In this document: positions 34,901-43,952 of the stretch, in pieces | Layout: each line of letters starts with the position of its first letter | Position numbering within the stretch: position 1 is the first letter of the stretch | Assembly (NCBI RefSeq): GCF_004010195.1 | Contig: NC_057717.1 | Location: 104,374,053-104,421,075, forward strand | Reading direction: 5' to 3' | Source of the DNA: Chiloscyllium plagiosum | Lineage: Eukaryota | DNA length: 47,023 nt | Notes under the pieces: model-generated | Told to the model about the DNA's origin: nothing | The model's input: only the letters and a program-made list of their open reading frames with translations | Databases searched by the model: none | Made by a program: the position numbers and the translations under genes

Positions 34901-37900
34901 TCAGCCCAGCAAGTCTGCACTGACCCTCCAAAGGGCATCCCACCTAGATCCACTCCTCCACATTATCCATGGCTAATCCACCTAGGCTGCACATCCCTGG
35001 ACACTATGAGGCAATTTAGAATGGTCAATCCCCTAAACTGCACATAGAGTCATAGAATCTTACAGCACAAAAACAGACCCTTTGATCCAATTATCCATTA
35101 GGAACCCAACAATGTTCCTAAACTAAACTAGTCCCACCTGTGCTTGGCCCATATCCCTCCAAATCTTTCCTATTCATGTCCTTTTTTAAATGTTGTAACT
35201 GCACCCACATCCACCACTTCCTCAGGAAGTTAATTCTACAATCAAACCACTCTCTGTTTCAGAAAATTACCCCTTGAAGCATTAGATTGGTCTCTCTCTC
35301 TGTCTCTGTCTCTCTCTCTCTCTTCTCCATAGATGCTGTCTGACCCATTGTGATTTCCAGCATTTGTTGTTTTCAGTCCAGCTTATCCAGCCTATGTTTA
35401 AGACTCAAACCCTCCTTTGCTGGCCACATTCTGGTAAATCTTTTCTGAGCCCTCTCCAGTTTAATGAGATCCTTCCTATTACAGGGCGACCGAAACCATA
35501 CATTCCAGAGAGGACCTCACCAACGTCCTGTACAACCTCAACGTGACAATAACTCCCATACTCAATAGTCTGAGCAATGAAGGCGAGCTGCTAAATGCCT
35601 TCTCACCTACCCTGTTTCCCTGTGACGGAAACTTCAAAGAACTATGCACCTGAATCCCTCGGTCTCTCTCTGTTCTACAGCACTACCCACAACCATTAAC
35701 TGTATAAGTCCTGCCCTTGTTTGCATTCCCAAAATGCAATACCTCACCTTGATCCAAATGAAACTCCATCCTCAGCCCATTGATCAAGATCTTTTTTGTA
35801 ATCTTAGGTAATCTCCTTCACTGTTCACTATACCATCAATGTTGGTGTCACCTTTGGACTGTGAGAGGAACCCCACACACAGAAAACATGCAGACTCCAC
35901 ACAGACAGCCACCCGAGGGGAGAATCAAACCGAGCTCCCTGGTGCTGTGAGGTGGCAGTGCTAGCCAGTGAGCCACCGTGCCACACGCCCATTAACAGCT
36001 ATGGAAACCAGGGCTGGTGAATGGAGCTTCGGTGCAGGCCAGTTCTGAGCTGACTGAGTGATGAAGCAGGTTGAGGAGCTGCACAGCCTCCTTCTGTGCC
36101 TGTGTGGCCTCTGACTGAGGCTGCTATGGAGGCATGATCAGGATAATGTGGGGCGGTGATGTGGCATTGTAAAGGGGGAACAGACCAGTTTGTAAGATTG
36201 CGCATGTCCATCTCAAAGCCAGATACACTTTCTTTCCAAGAAATTATCAGAATTCCACTGTTGTGACACTTTTGAAGCCCCCAGCCCTTCACACAAATTC
36301 ATCCCGAGCCAATCACAATGTAGAGAATCTCTTATTCTGATTGGATGATCTTTGACCATCAGTCAAAACTCTTTATGTCCTGTAATTTTGCCAATGGTAA
36401 ACAAATATATCCAGGGAGGAATACTGTTGAGAATACATGATCAATTGTTGTGTCCAGGAGATTAATCTTCAATTCCTCCTGCCACCAGAGATATTCTGGA
36501 GGGCTGGTAATCCGAGAGTTAATCCTGCAGCAAAGATCTTCCAGAAAGTGAATCGCTCTTTCTGTTTTCGTCCCTTGCAGCACTTTCTTCAAGTGGAGAG
36601 TAACTCTAAATTATACTGGATTGGCCTGCATGATCACGAGACCGAGGACAATTGGCAATGGGAGGATGGCACAGACTACAAAACCAATCCAAAGTAAATT
36701 CATTGAAGGTTTACAAAATGTTGGAGGGTGGCGGCCCGATTGACTTAAAGACCGTTTTCATTTATCGGAAGACTTTAGGAAAAGGAAGTCTTCACCCAGA
36801 GAGTGGGGGAGCCTGTGGAATTCTCTGCTGCAGAAAGTGGTTGAGGCTAAAACATTGAATGTTGCCAAGGAGGAGTTGGATATCGTTCTTCGGACTAAAG
36901 GGATCAAAGGGTATGGGGAGAAAGTGGGAACAGGGTGGGGACTGAGTTGGATGATCAGGTTTGACTTTATAGGATGGTGGCGCAAGCTCGAAGGGCCGAA
37001 TGGCCAACTCACGCTCCTGTTTTCACTGTTTCGCTGTTTATTTCATCAGACATTTATAAAATAATGAGAGGTTTCGATAGAGTTAATGGGAGGTGCCTTT
37101 TTCCTAGGGTGGGGGATTTGAAGACTAGGGGGAGCACATTTTGAATGTGAGAGGAGAGAGATTTAAAAAAGACACGAGGGGCAAATATATTACACAGAGG
37201 GTGGTTTACGTGAGGAATAAACTTCCTGAGGAAGTGGGTACAGTTACAACTTTTAAAAGCCATTTGGATAAGTCCATGAATAGGAAAGGTTTGGAGGGAT
37301 ATGGGCCAGGAGCAGGCAGGTGGGACTAGGTTGGTTTGAAATTACAGTGCCCCTGTACCTGTGGGGAATACATTCCAAGGCCTACAGCAGAAGCCTGAAA
37401 CTGCGGATAGGTGCGAAGCCATTCACTTCAATGGGAAACATTCCCAGCAGCCCCCGCTCCCTGGTTCTGGAACATTCCCTTTTATAAATTCGGGCCGGGG
37501 TAAACCGTGGGTAACTGAAACCATGGTAACTGGATCCGCAGATATGGGGGTCGCCCTGTATGTTCGGCATGGACTGGTTTTACTGAGGGTCTGCTTCTGT
37601 GTTCTATGAGTCTGTGACTCTAAAAGTAAATGACTCAATACTCAAACACAGTTGCACTCCCATTATTGCAAATATTCCCAGAGATGAATATTGTTTGAAA
37701 CAATTAATATTTTGTTGCAAGGAAACGTAACCTTCTATGCACGGTGGCTCAGTGATTAGCACTGCTGCCTCACAGCACCAGGGACCCAGGTTCAATTCCC
37801 GCCTCGGGTGACTGTCTGTGTGGAGTTTGCACCATGTTTGCGTGGGTTTCCTCCGGGTGCTCCGGTTTCCTCCCACAGTCCAAAGATATGCAGACAGGTG

Positions 37901-39093
37901 AATTGGCCATGCTAAATTGCCCATAGTGTTAGGTGCATTTGTCAGAGGGAAATGGGTCTGGGTGGGTTACTCTTTGGAGGGTCAGTGTGGACTGGTTGGG
38001 CCAAAGGGCCTGTTTCCACACTGTAGAGAGTCTAATCTAATCTAACGACAGACAGAGTCTGCCCAATATATAGGATCATCCTGAGGATGTGAGTCCTATA
38101 TTTTAGTAAAGCATCCTGGGAACTATTTCATTGAGCAGGCTCCCCCTTTAAATGATATTCATTTTGTTTTAAACGTCTAAGACAGACAGACAGCCTGCTC
38201 AGACCCGAAAACTTGTCCCCCTTGATTTCTGAGCAGCCTCTCTCTCTGACTGGGATAACCTCTGTGTTTGTGTGTGAAGGTTTCCATCATCTCCCTCGGG
38301 TCACACCAGCCCTGCCTCGGGCACACTGAGTCCAGTCAAATGGCACAGCGCAGATTTGCAGCTGTCAATGGCTCCCGTGGGAAGGAAGGACACTTGTGCA
38401 GTAGGCATGTGCTTCCTGCTGGCCAGTTAGAGACCCAGGATGGGGGGGAGACGGAGGGTATACAGACTCAAGGTGACATGTGGTCCTGTGAAGCTGGTAG
38501 GTGTCAGCTGCAAATCACCTCTCCCGTGAACCAAGCAGTAACTATTAGGGTGGCTCAGTGGTTAGCACTGCTGCCTCACAGCACCAGGGACCCAGGTTCG
38601 ATTCCAGCCTCGGGTGACTCTCTGTGTGGAGTTTGCACATTCTCCCCGTGTCTGCGTGGGTTTCCTCCGGGTGCTCCAGTTTCCTCTCACAATCTAAAGA
38701 TGTGCAGGTTAGGGTGGATTGGCCATGCAAAATTACCCCATAGTGGGTCAGTTTGGTGGGTTATCCATGGGGATAGGGTAGAGGTCTGGGTGGGATAGCT
38801 CTTGGGAGGGTTGATGCAGACTCAATGAGCCAAACGACCTGTTTCCATACTGTTGGGATTCTAGGCTAACATTACTTCCTGTGTAATCTCCTTATTCTAG
38901 CCTTGTCATCGCTGTTGTGTGTTTTTATGTTTAAAGGTTTTGGGATGAAGGAGAACCCAACAATGTTGATGATGAGGATTGTGCCCACATCAATGAAAAT
39001 AGACTGTGGAATGACAACAGGTGCTCTGTGAAACTCTCCTTCATCTGCGAGCAAAACAGCAAGCCAAACAAAATTCCTGATCAATTGGATTGA
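22839..39093 (+). CDS. Multi-exon type II transmembrane C-type lectin receptor (ASGR/CLEC10A/CD209/hepatic-lectin-like), 277 aa from ATG 22839
   Basis: Exons 22839-22923, 24503-24604, 24899-24973, 27155-27226, 33445-33522, 34601-34752, 36581-36693 and 38937-39093 all have GT-AG boundaries. Phases 1,1,1,1,1,0,2 join into one 834-nt ORF: cytoplasmic tail, TM helix, neck, three-exon CTLD with WIGL, EPN and WND. Exact orthologue cannot be assigned without phylogeny. Confidence 0.9.
24007..24293 (-). mobile_element. HE1-type SINE (intronic, antisense)
   Basis: Tail and core; head slightly truncated. Confidence 0.9.
24503..24604 (+). CDS. Lectin exon: signal-anchor TM helix (GNPFKSIPFGKVLMSLIFILLGVILIVLIIGGVK)
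   Basis: Acceptor tatctcAG, donor AAAT|GTGAGT, 102 nt, phase 1-1, ~21 hydrophobic residues preceded by Lys. Confidence 0.9.
24899..24973 (+). CDS. Lectin neck exon A (WSEVNRRVEEFPSQNQIQISQALKN)
   Basis: Acceptor tatcttAG, donor AACG|GTAAGT, 75 nt, phase 1-1, open. Confidence 0.78.
24990..25540. repeat. 29-bp minisatellite, ~18-19 copies (TGTGAATTCATCAGTGAAATCAGTGTCAT)
   Basis: Direct tandem periodicity, decaying at the ends. Confidence 0.92.
26317..26670 (+). mobile_element. Penelope-like element fragment: GIY-YIG endonuclease C-terminus (~26442-26669) preceded by an inverted copy of its 3' end
   Basis: RIHEHQLA.KRHDQLSLVA.H.D...H.FDWDNT.II......AREFLEAWHS..NSINKHIDLDPIY. The stretch tgtagtggttggtatat (~26425-26441) is the reverse complement of 26653-26669. 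Confidence 0.85.
26982..27084 (-). mobile_element. Single-arm Penelope-terminus insertion (family A) with 11-bp TSD
   Basis: TSD tggaaactcac at 26971-26981 and 27085-27095; degenerate hammerhead core. Lies 70 bp before neck exon B. Confidence 0.75.
27155..27226 (+). CDS. Lectin neck exon B (VLEKSDLKDIMLQFQDEVTRMEDR)
   Basis: Acceptor ttctcgcattttAG, donor CGAG|GTGAGT, 72 nt, phase 1-1, heptad-like helical composition. Confidence 0.8.
27340..28075 (+). mobile_element. CR1 LINE 3' end with an open RT C-terminus (27626-28039), interrupted by a family B Penelope piece (~27386-27620)
   Basis: EGLSY..RLNRLGLFSLE.QRLRGDLIEVY.IM...WNELPEEVVE.G.IATFKRHLDGYM. Confidence 0.9.
28125..28670 (+). mobile_element. 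Degenerate Penelope-like element 3' end (second GIY-YIG type) ending in a family A terminus
   Basis: PV..YFNSPSHSPKDMQVLGLL......LEE*.LIF.LGT.QP.GINIDF, then a C-rich UTR and the GATGCTGCCTGACC terminus. Confidence 0.75.
29110..29300. repeat. GA-rich low-complexity tract
   Basis: Polypurine run; a similar tract lies at 11040-11245. Confidence 0.8.
29615..31060 (+). mobile_element. Young 5'-truncated CR1 LINE spanning an assembly gap
   Basis: DKSPGPDGIY.RI.WEAREEIA.PLA.IF.SSL.TGVVP.DWRVANVVPLFKK; RT end and (TTCTATG)n tail after the gap. Confidence 0.9.
29919..30780. other. Assembly gap (N run)
   Basis: Ns inside the CR1. Confidence 1.
32597..33380. repeat. TG-rich microsatellite containing an assembly gap (32817-33292)
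   Basis: Direct reading. Confidence 0.95.
33445..33522 (+). CDS. Lectin neck exon C (VLAAFSNKMTNFMSKISMKIEMLPEP)
   Basis: Acceptor ttccttttgctgtttAG, donor CCCG|GTGAGT, 78 nt, phase 1-1. Confidence 0.78.
33690..33975 (+). mobile_element. CR1 3' end lying between the inverted arms of a family C repeat (~33595-33690 and ~33990-34055)
   Basis: WNELPEEVVEAGTIATFKRHLDG; the flanks are reverse complements of each other. Confidence 0.85.
34601..34752 (+). CDS. CTLD exon 1 (ACQNLQCPRYWVNFNDSCYYFSTQEASWNSSKTYCSLRHSYLVSINTAEEQ)
   Basis: Classic long-form CTLD N-terminus (CPxxW...SCYYFS...W...C...L.SI...EEQ). Acceptor ttttctacAG, phase-0 donor CAG|GTGAAG. Confidence 0.95.
34870..35985 (-). mobile_element. 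HE1 SINE (34870-35045 plus 35852-35985) split by a CR1 3' fragment (35046-35851)
   Basis: SINE ...CTGCACAT|...|CTTTGGACTGTG continuity across the LINE. Confidence 0.85.
36581..36693 (+). CDS. CTLD exon 2 (HFLQVESNSKLYWIGLHDHETEDNWQWEDGTDYKTNP)
   Basis: WIGL and WxWxDGT motifs. Acceptor tcccttgcAG, phase-2 donor AA|GTAAAT. Confidence 0.95.
36700..37622 (+). mobile_element. Two tandem CR1 3' fragments (36700-37025; 37053-37622), the second split by a MITE
   Basis: VEAKTLNV.K.ELD..L..KGIKGYGEK; RVV.V.NKLPEEV...FK.HLDK.MNRKGLEGYGPGAGRWD. Confidence 0.85.
37345..37558. mobile_element. Tc1/mariner-superfamily (Tigger/pogo, MER44-like) MITE, 214 bp, TA TSD
   Basis: TA|CAGTGCCCCTGTACCTGTGGGG...TCCGCAGATATGGGGGTCGCCCTG|TA with imperfect TIRs. 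Removing it restores the CR1 3'UTR (attatgttcggcatggac). Confidence 0.75.
37739..38045 (+). mobile_element. HE1-type SINE
   Basis: Head, core and (TCTAA)n tail. Confidence 0.9.
38549..38863 (+). mobile_element. HE1-type SINE
   Basis: Head and core; ends ~70 bp before the last exon. Confidence 0.9.
38937..39093 (+). CDS. CTLD exon 3 and stop (KFWDEGEPNNVDDEDCAHINENRLWNDNRCSVKLSFICEQNSKPNKIPDQLD*)
   Basis: EPN and WND Ca2+/sugar motifs and terminal FICE. Acceptor tttaaAG at 38935-38936. Missed by the ORF track because it has no start codon. Confidence 0.95.
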
Positions 39094-39194
39094 ATTGAAT
39101 TGAATTTATTTTCACGTGTACGGAGGCACAGTGAAAAAGGATGGACATCGCCGTAATACACACAATGTTCTCTGATTCAGTTAGTTAGCATTTA

Positions 39195-39416
39195 TGATTT
39201 AGAGATGTCGGTGTTGTACTGGGGTGTATAAAGTTAAAAATCACGCAACACCAGGTTATAGCCCAACAGGTTTAATTGGAAGCACACTCGCTTTCGGAGC
39301 GAAGCTCCTTCGTCAGGTGGTTCATCACTACCACCTGATGATGGAGTGTCGCTCCGAAAGCGAGTGTGCTTCCAATTAAACCTGTTGGGCTATAACCTGG
39401 TGTTGCGTGATTTGTA
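39195..39416. mobile_element. Palindromic Penelope-terminus insertion (family B) with 12-bp TSD, in the presumptive lectin 3'UTR
   Basis: About 83-bp inverted arms (39238-39320 vs 39331-39413). TSD agttagcattta at 39183-39194 and 39417-39428. Confidence 0.85.
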
Positions 39417-39819
39417 AGTTAGCATTTAGAATGTGCCATGCTTTTAGGGCACTGTGCTCAACTCACCTCAGCTGTGCCAAGTGCTACAGTCACCCCTGGC
39501 ACACGTTTCTCTGCATTACAACAGCAACAACATTTCAAAAGTAGCAATCAACTCACGGATGTGTAAAACGCCATAGAAATGCAAGTCTTCCTAATTCTAA
39601 TTCCATGTGACTATCGCAACTGTTTGCAGTCTGTCTGTTTTTATACAATGATTATTTCATAGTTGACTGAATAACAACAAATCTGTAATATTTCTGAAGA
39701 TTCATTTTGTTTTTTTTTGATTATTACTGATTTATTCCTGTCATATTTCCAGTCAGTTAAGTCAATTCATTAAATTTATGAGATAGTGATTAATTCTAAG
39801 GTATAAGTCTTCTTTAAGA

Positions 39820-40090
39820 CTGTATGAGTGTGTATTTGTGTTTGTATATGAGAGAGTGTGTTAGTATGGATAATGACAGTACCTGACAGTATGTGAGAGA
39901 GTGTATGTGAGTGAGTGCGAGAAAGTAAAGTGTGAAAGCATGTGAGTGAATGTGTGTGAGTGTGAGAGAGACAGAGGATATGTGAGTGAATGTGTGTGTG
40001 TGTGAGTGTGAGAGTGAATATGAGAGAGAGAGAGTGTGTGTGTATGAAAGTATGAGTGTGTGACTGAAAGTATGTGTGAGAGTCAGCATG
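39820..40090. repeat. TG/GA-rich low complexity
   Basis: Direct reading; a similar tract lies at 45815-45960. Confidence 0.8.
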
Positions 40091-40679
40091 AGTATTGGTT
40101 AATGGGTTCCCATTAATTTCATGTCTGATTCCTTCAAATATTAAAAACCCTTTCAATTTAGTTCGAGTCACTGTGCTCCAATAGAGAGTTCATTAAACGC
40201 CTTCATAAAAGTGTGTAGACGACAAACAGATGACACAACAAACCATAGACAATGGAAATTCTGTTTCCTGCCACTTTTCTGTTGTTTCATTTGCAGACGG
40301 GGGAGGGAGAAGTTTAAACGCCCTGTCACCCTCCACCTACACCTCCATCCACTCTGTCCCAGCCTGTCTGTTGGGAAAGTAGGATTAGAAAAGCTGGAAT
40401 GTGCTGAGAATCCTGTTAGTGATCCGTGGTCAGTCTCTGAGATTCCAGAATGCACAATAAAGCAGTCCCTTATCTACTCCACTTTCTGCATTGTCTTCCA
40501 GAATGGTTGGAGAACGCAATTATAATTATTTTGAGAACTTTGATCTAGATAGTGAACAAAAGCAGCAGCAAGCCCAGCAGAGTGCAGGTAAATTTTGATG
40601 CTGCATTTGGGGTTGGGATATGTGTTGTTAGTGTTATCAGAGAAGCCAGTCCACTGCATTAGATTGAATACATTATTAT

Positions 40680-41160
40680 AGAGTCAACGAGTCAAACAGC
40701 CACAGAAACAGACTCTTCGGTCCAACCAGTCCATGCTGACCATAATCTCAAACTAAACTAGTCCCACCTGCCTGCTCCTGGCCCATATCCCTCCAAACCT
40801 TTCCTATTCATGTACTTATCCAAATGTCTTTTAAATGTTGTAACTGTACCTGCATCCATCACTTCCTCAGAAAGTTCATTCCACACACAAACCATCCTCC
40901 GTGTAAAGCATTTTCCCCTCATACCTTTTTTTAAATCTCTCTCTTCTCGCACCAAAAATGTGCCCTTGGGTCTTGAAATCTGCGAGCCTAGGGAAAAGAC
41001 ACCTGCCATTAACACTACCTATACCCCCTCTGAGTTCATAAACCTTGATAAGATCACCCCTCAACCTCCTATACTCCAGTGAAAAAGTTCCCAGCCTATC
41101 CAGCCTTTCCTTATAACTCAAACCTCCATTCCCTGCAACATCCTGTAAATCTCTTCGGAA
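40680..41160 (-). mobile_element. CR1 LINE 3' fragment
   Basis: SYKERLDRLG.FSLEYRRLRGDLI; WNELSEEV.DAGTVTTFKRHLDKYM. Confidence 0.9.
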
Positions 41161-41521
41161 TAGAGTTAGTGTTAGACTGAGACAGTGATCCTGACACTAC
41201 AGACTTAGTGTTAGACTGAGACAGTGACCCTGACGTTACAGACTTAGTGCTAGACTAAGACAGTGACCCTGATGTTACAAAGTTAGTGTTAGACTGAGAC
41301 AGTGACCCTGACGTTACAAAGTTAGTGTTAGACTGAGACAGTAACTCTGACATACAGAGTTAATGTTAGACTGAGACAGTGACCCTGATGTTACAGAGTT
41401 AATGTTAGACTGAGACAGTGACCCTGACGTTTCAGAGTTGGTGTTAGACTGAGACAGTGACTCTAGCATTACAGAGTTAGTGTTGGACTGAGACAATGAC
41501 CCTGACGTTACTGAGTTAGTG
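41161..41521. repeat. 39-bp minisatellite, ~9 copies (ACAGAGTTAGTGTTAGACTGAGACAGTGACCCTGACGTT)
   Basis: Direct tandem periodicity. Confidence 0.93.
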
Positions 41522-41561
41522 TAAGCATGGTATGCCAGTGAGAAGGTGAATGTGGTGATTG

Positions 41562-42259
41562 TGTTACCCATGGGATAAACTCTCCTGCTTAATTTAAAAC
41601 CAGCAACACAGAAAAGATTTATCCCATGCAGTAATCTGTGAAAATTCGAGTGACCAAGAACTATTCAATGTAAAAATTAACAACCTTATTTCTTAAAGTA
41701 TAACAGAGAATAATTTACCAACATCTATTTCCAAGTCCTTACTCTAACATATCTTTTACCTTCCTTTCTATAATATTAGTCCGATAAAACTCCCAATTAA
41801 GATTGACAGAAAAATTCAAGTTTTAAAACCAGCCAGCGGCCAAATCTTCTCCTTATCTTCGTCGGTAGATTGGGTCTCCCGTCAGTGTTGAGGTTTGTCT
41901 CTGTGCAAACTCCTTCCCTAGACAGGTACCTCTTGGAGAGTTCTGACTAGCAATCTACAGCTGTTGGTCTTGTGGCAGCTCTCCTCCCAACTGTTTAAAT
42001 TTCCCTGGTCTTATATCCCAAAGCATCGGATTGTCTCATTGGCTTTTAAGATTGTCAATATACTCAATTCAAACTTGATTGGAATTTGGTATTTTTTGGG
42101 GTATAATTTAAACTGATTGGCCTAATTCGAATTTGTTTTGTCATTTCCAAGTAACCAGCTACCCCAGTAGCTGGAGCATATGTTACAATGTAACACTTGG
42201 TGCTGTCACTGCTAGCTTTTACTCTCTTAAAGGTACAAGACACCCACATCTTCATAACA
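41562..42259 (-). mobile_element. Solo LTR (ERV or Gypsy type), 698 bp
   Basis: TGTTA...TAACA termini with 4-bp TSD ATTG (41558-41561, 42260-42263). Minus-strand CCAAT boxes (42116, 42078, 42038) followed by ATATAA (42011-42016). Confidence 0.8.
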
Positions 42260-42738
42260 ATTGGATACAAGACATTGTGTCCTTGCTGCCATTTCTGGCT
42301 TTAGAAGAGGAGATATTCCTGAATCGATCTAAAGGTTTTTTTTTAAATTGTGTTTGTGTCCAATCCAAACTCCACATGTTTCCTCAAAGCGAGAACAACA
42401 CACAGCAGTTCACATCTCCCGGAGTACAGGTCGGATGTTACATGTTACCGAAAGCGTCCAACCACCCAAAAGACAATTTAAGGCAGGGGTCATGCACTTA
42501 AACAAACTGGCCCCGGATTCCAACAGAAACAAGTGGAAACGTCGGCTGCCTGGTACTGGAGGGATTTATTGGAGGAGAAGGGTGAGGTGAGGAGGGCCAA
42601 TGTCAACAACGTGCATTGATATAGTGCCTCAGATGTGGGAAAAACATACCCGGGAGCTTCACAGGAATCAGAGAAGTTCAGAAAGATGCTGCGAAAAGCC
42701 AGGATTAGAGGAGCGATGAGTCCTCAGGTGATTATAGA

Positions 42739-42933
42739 CTCCCCTCCCCCAAGTCCCTCCTCCCTAACTTTTATCTTAGCCTGCTGGGCACACTTTCCTC
42801 ATTCCTGAAGAAGGGCTTATGCCCGAAACGTCGATTCTCCTGCTCCTTGGATGCTGCCTGACCTGCTGTGCTTTTCCAGCAACACATTTTCAGCTCTGAT
42901 CTCCAGCATCTGCCGTCCTCACTTTCTCCTCGA
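42739..42933 (+). mobile_element. Penelope 3'-terminus insertion (family A) with 10-bp TSD and a hammerhead core at 42803-42834
   Basis: TSD tgattataga at 42729-42738 and 42934-42943. CTGAAGA-A-GGGC-ttat-GCCC-GAAAC-GTC. Confidence 0.8.
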
Positions 42934-43039
42934 TGATTATAGATCCTCCAGAGGAAGGGAGGGTCAGTACCACTGAGGGATTTGAACAATTGAGTACAAG
43001 TTTAAATGCTGCTGTAGTGTCATTACAGGAGGCAATGAC

Positions 43040-43590
43040 ATTTATTATACCAACCTCACGGCACGGAATGGTATTCAGCTCACCACGTCTATACCAACCA
43101 TGATGCCATCCTAAACTAATCCCATCTCCCTGCACATGGTCCATATCCCTCTATTCTCTGCCTATTCATGTGCCTGTCTAAATCCTCTAAACAATGCTAT
43201 CATATGTACTTCAACAACCTCCCCTGGTAGCATGTTCCCGGCACCCACTACCCTCTGCATTAAAAAAAATCTTGTCTTGCACATCTCCCTTAAACTTTTC
43301 CCCTCTCACCTTCAACCTATACCCCCTTGTATTTGACATTTGCACTCTGGAGAAAAGACTCTGACTATCCACCCTTTCCATGTCTCTCGGAGTATGATGT
43401 AATTCAATCAGGTCACCCCTCAGCCTCCGACACACTTCTGAAAACAATCCAGGTTTGTCCAACCTTTCCTCATAACTAATACACTCCAAACCAGGCAACA
43501 TCCTGGTAAACCTCTCCTGCGCCCCTTCCAAAGCCTCCACATCCTTCCACTCGTGTGATGACCAGAACTGCACACAATACTTATAATTGC
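43040..43590 (-). mobile_element. CR1 LINE 3' fragment
   Basis: YCVQFWS...KDVEALEG.QERFTRMLPGLE..SYEERLDK.GLFS...RRLRGDLIE. Confidence 0.9.
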
Positions 43591-43952
43591 AAAATACTCT
43601 TCTCCCTGGACAATGTTGAATGGAATATTCTAGTGTTAGCAACGAGCCATTGTGGAGCCGAAGGGTGTTGAGCTGGCTTTGAAGGCTCCTTGGCCACTCA
43701 CGGAATCACCTGCTGGTTAAATGCATCGTGTTTGTAACCTTTGCAGAGTTTGTCTCTCAGACCGATGGTGATGTCAGTGCCAGTCCAGATGCTTGAACAG
43801 TTTGGGTTCCCCTCCAGTAACCTTCCTGTACCTGTCCAGTAGGTGATGGTCTTGCCTGAGGCTGTGTGTTTGAGCCTTATCCAGGGACAAAGCTTCTGAT
43901 TAATATGGGATTTACACATTAATCACTCAAAACCTGCATCCTCATTCTCTAA

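Noticed and set aside
41314..41571. Ser/Thr-rich 13-aa repeat protein
   Set aside because: Minisatellite translation; stops in adjacent units and no gene context.
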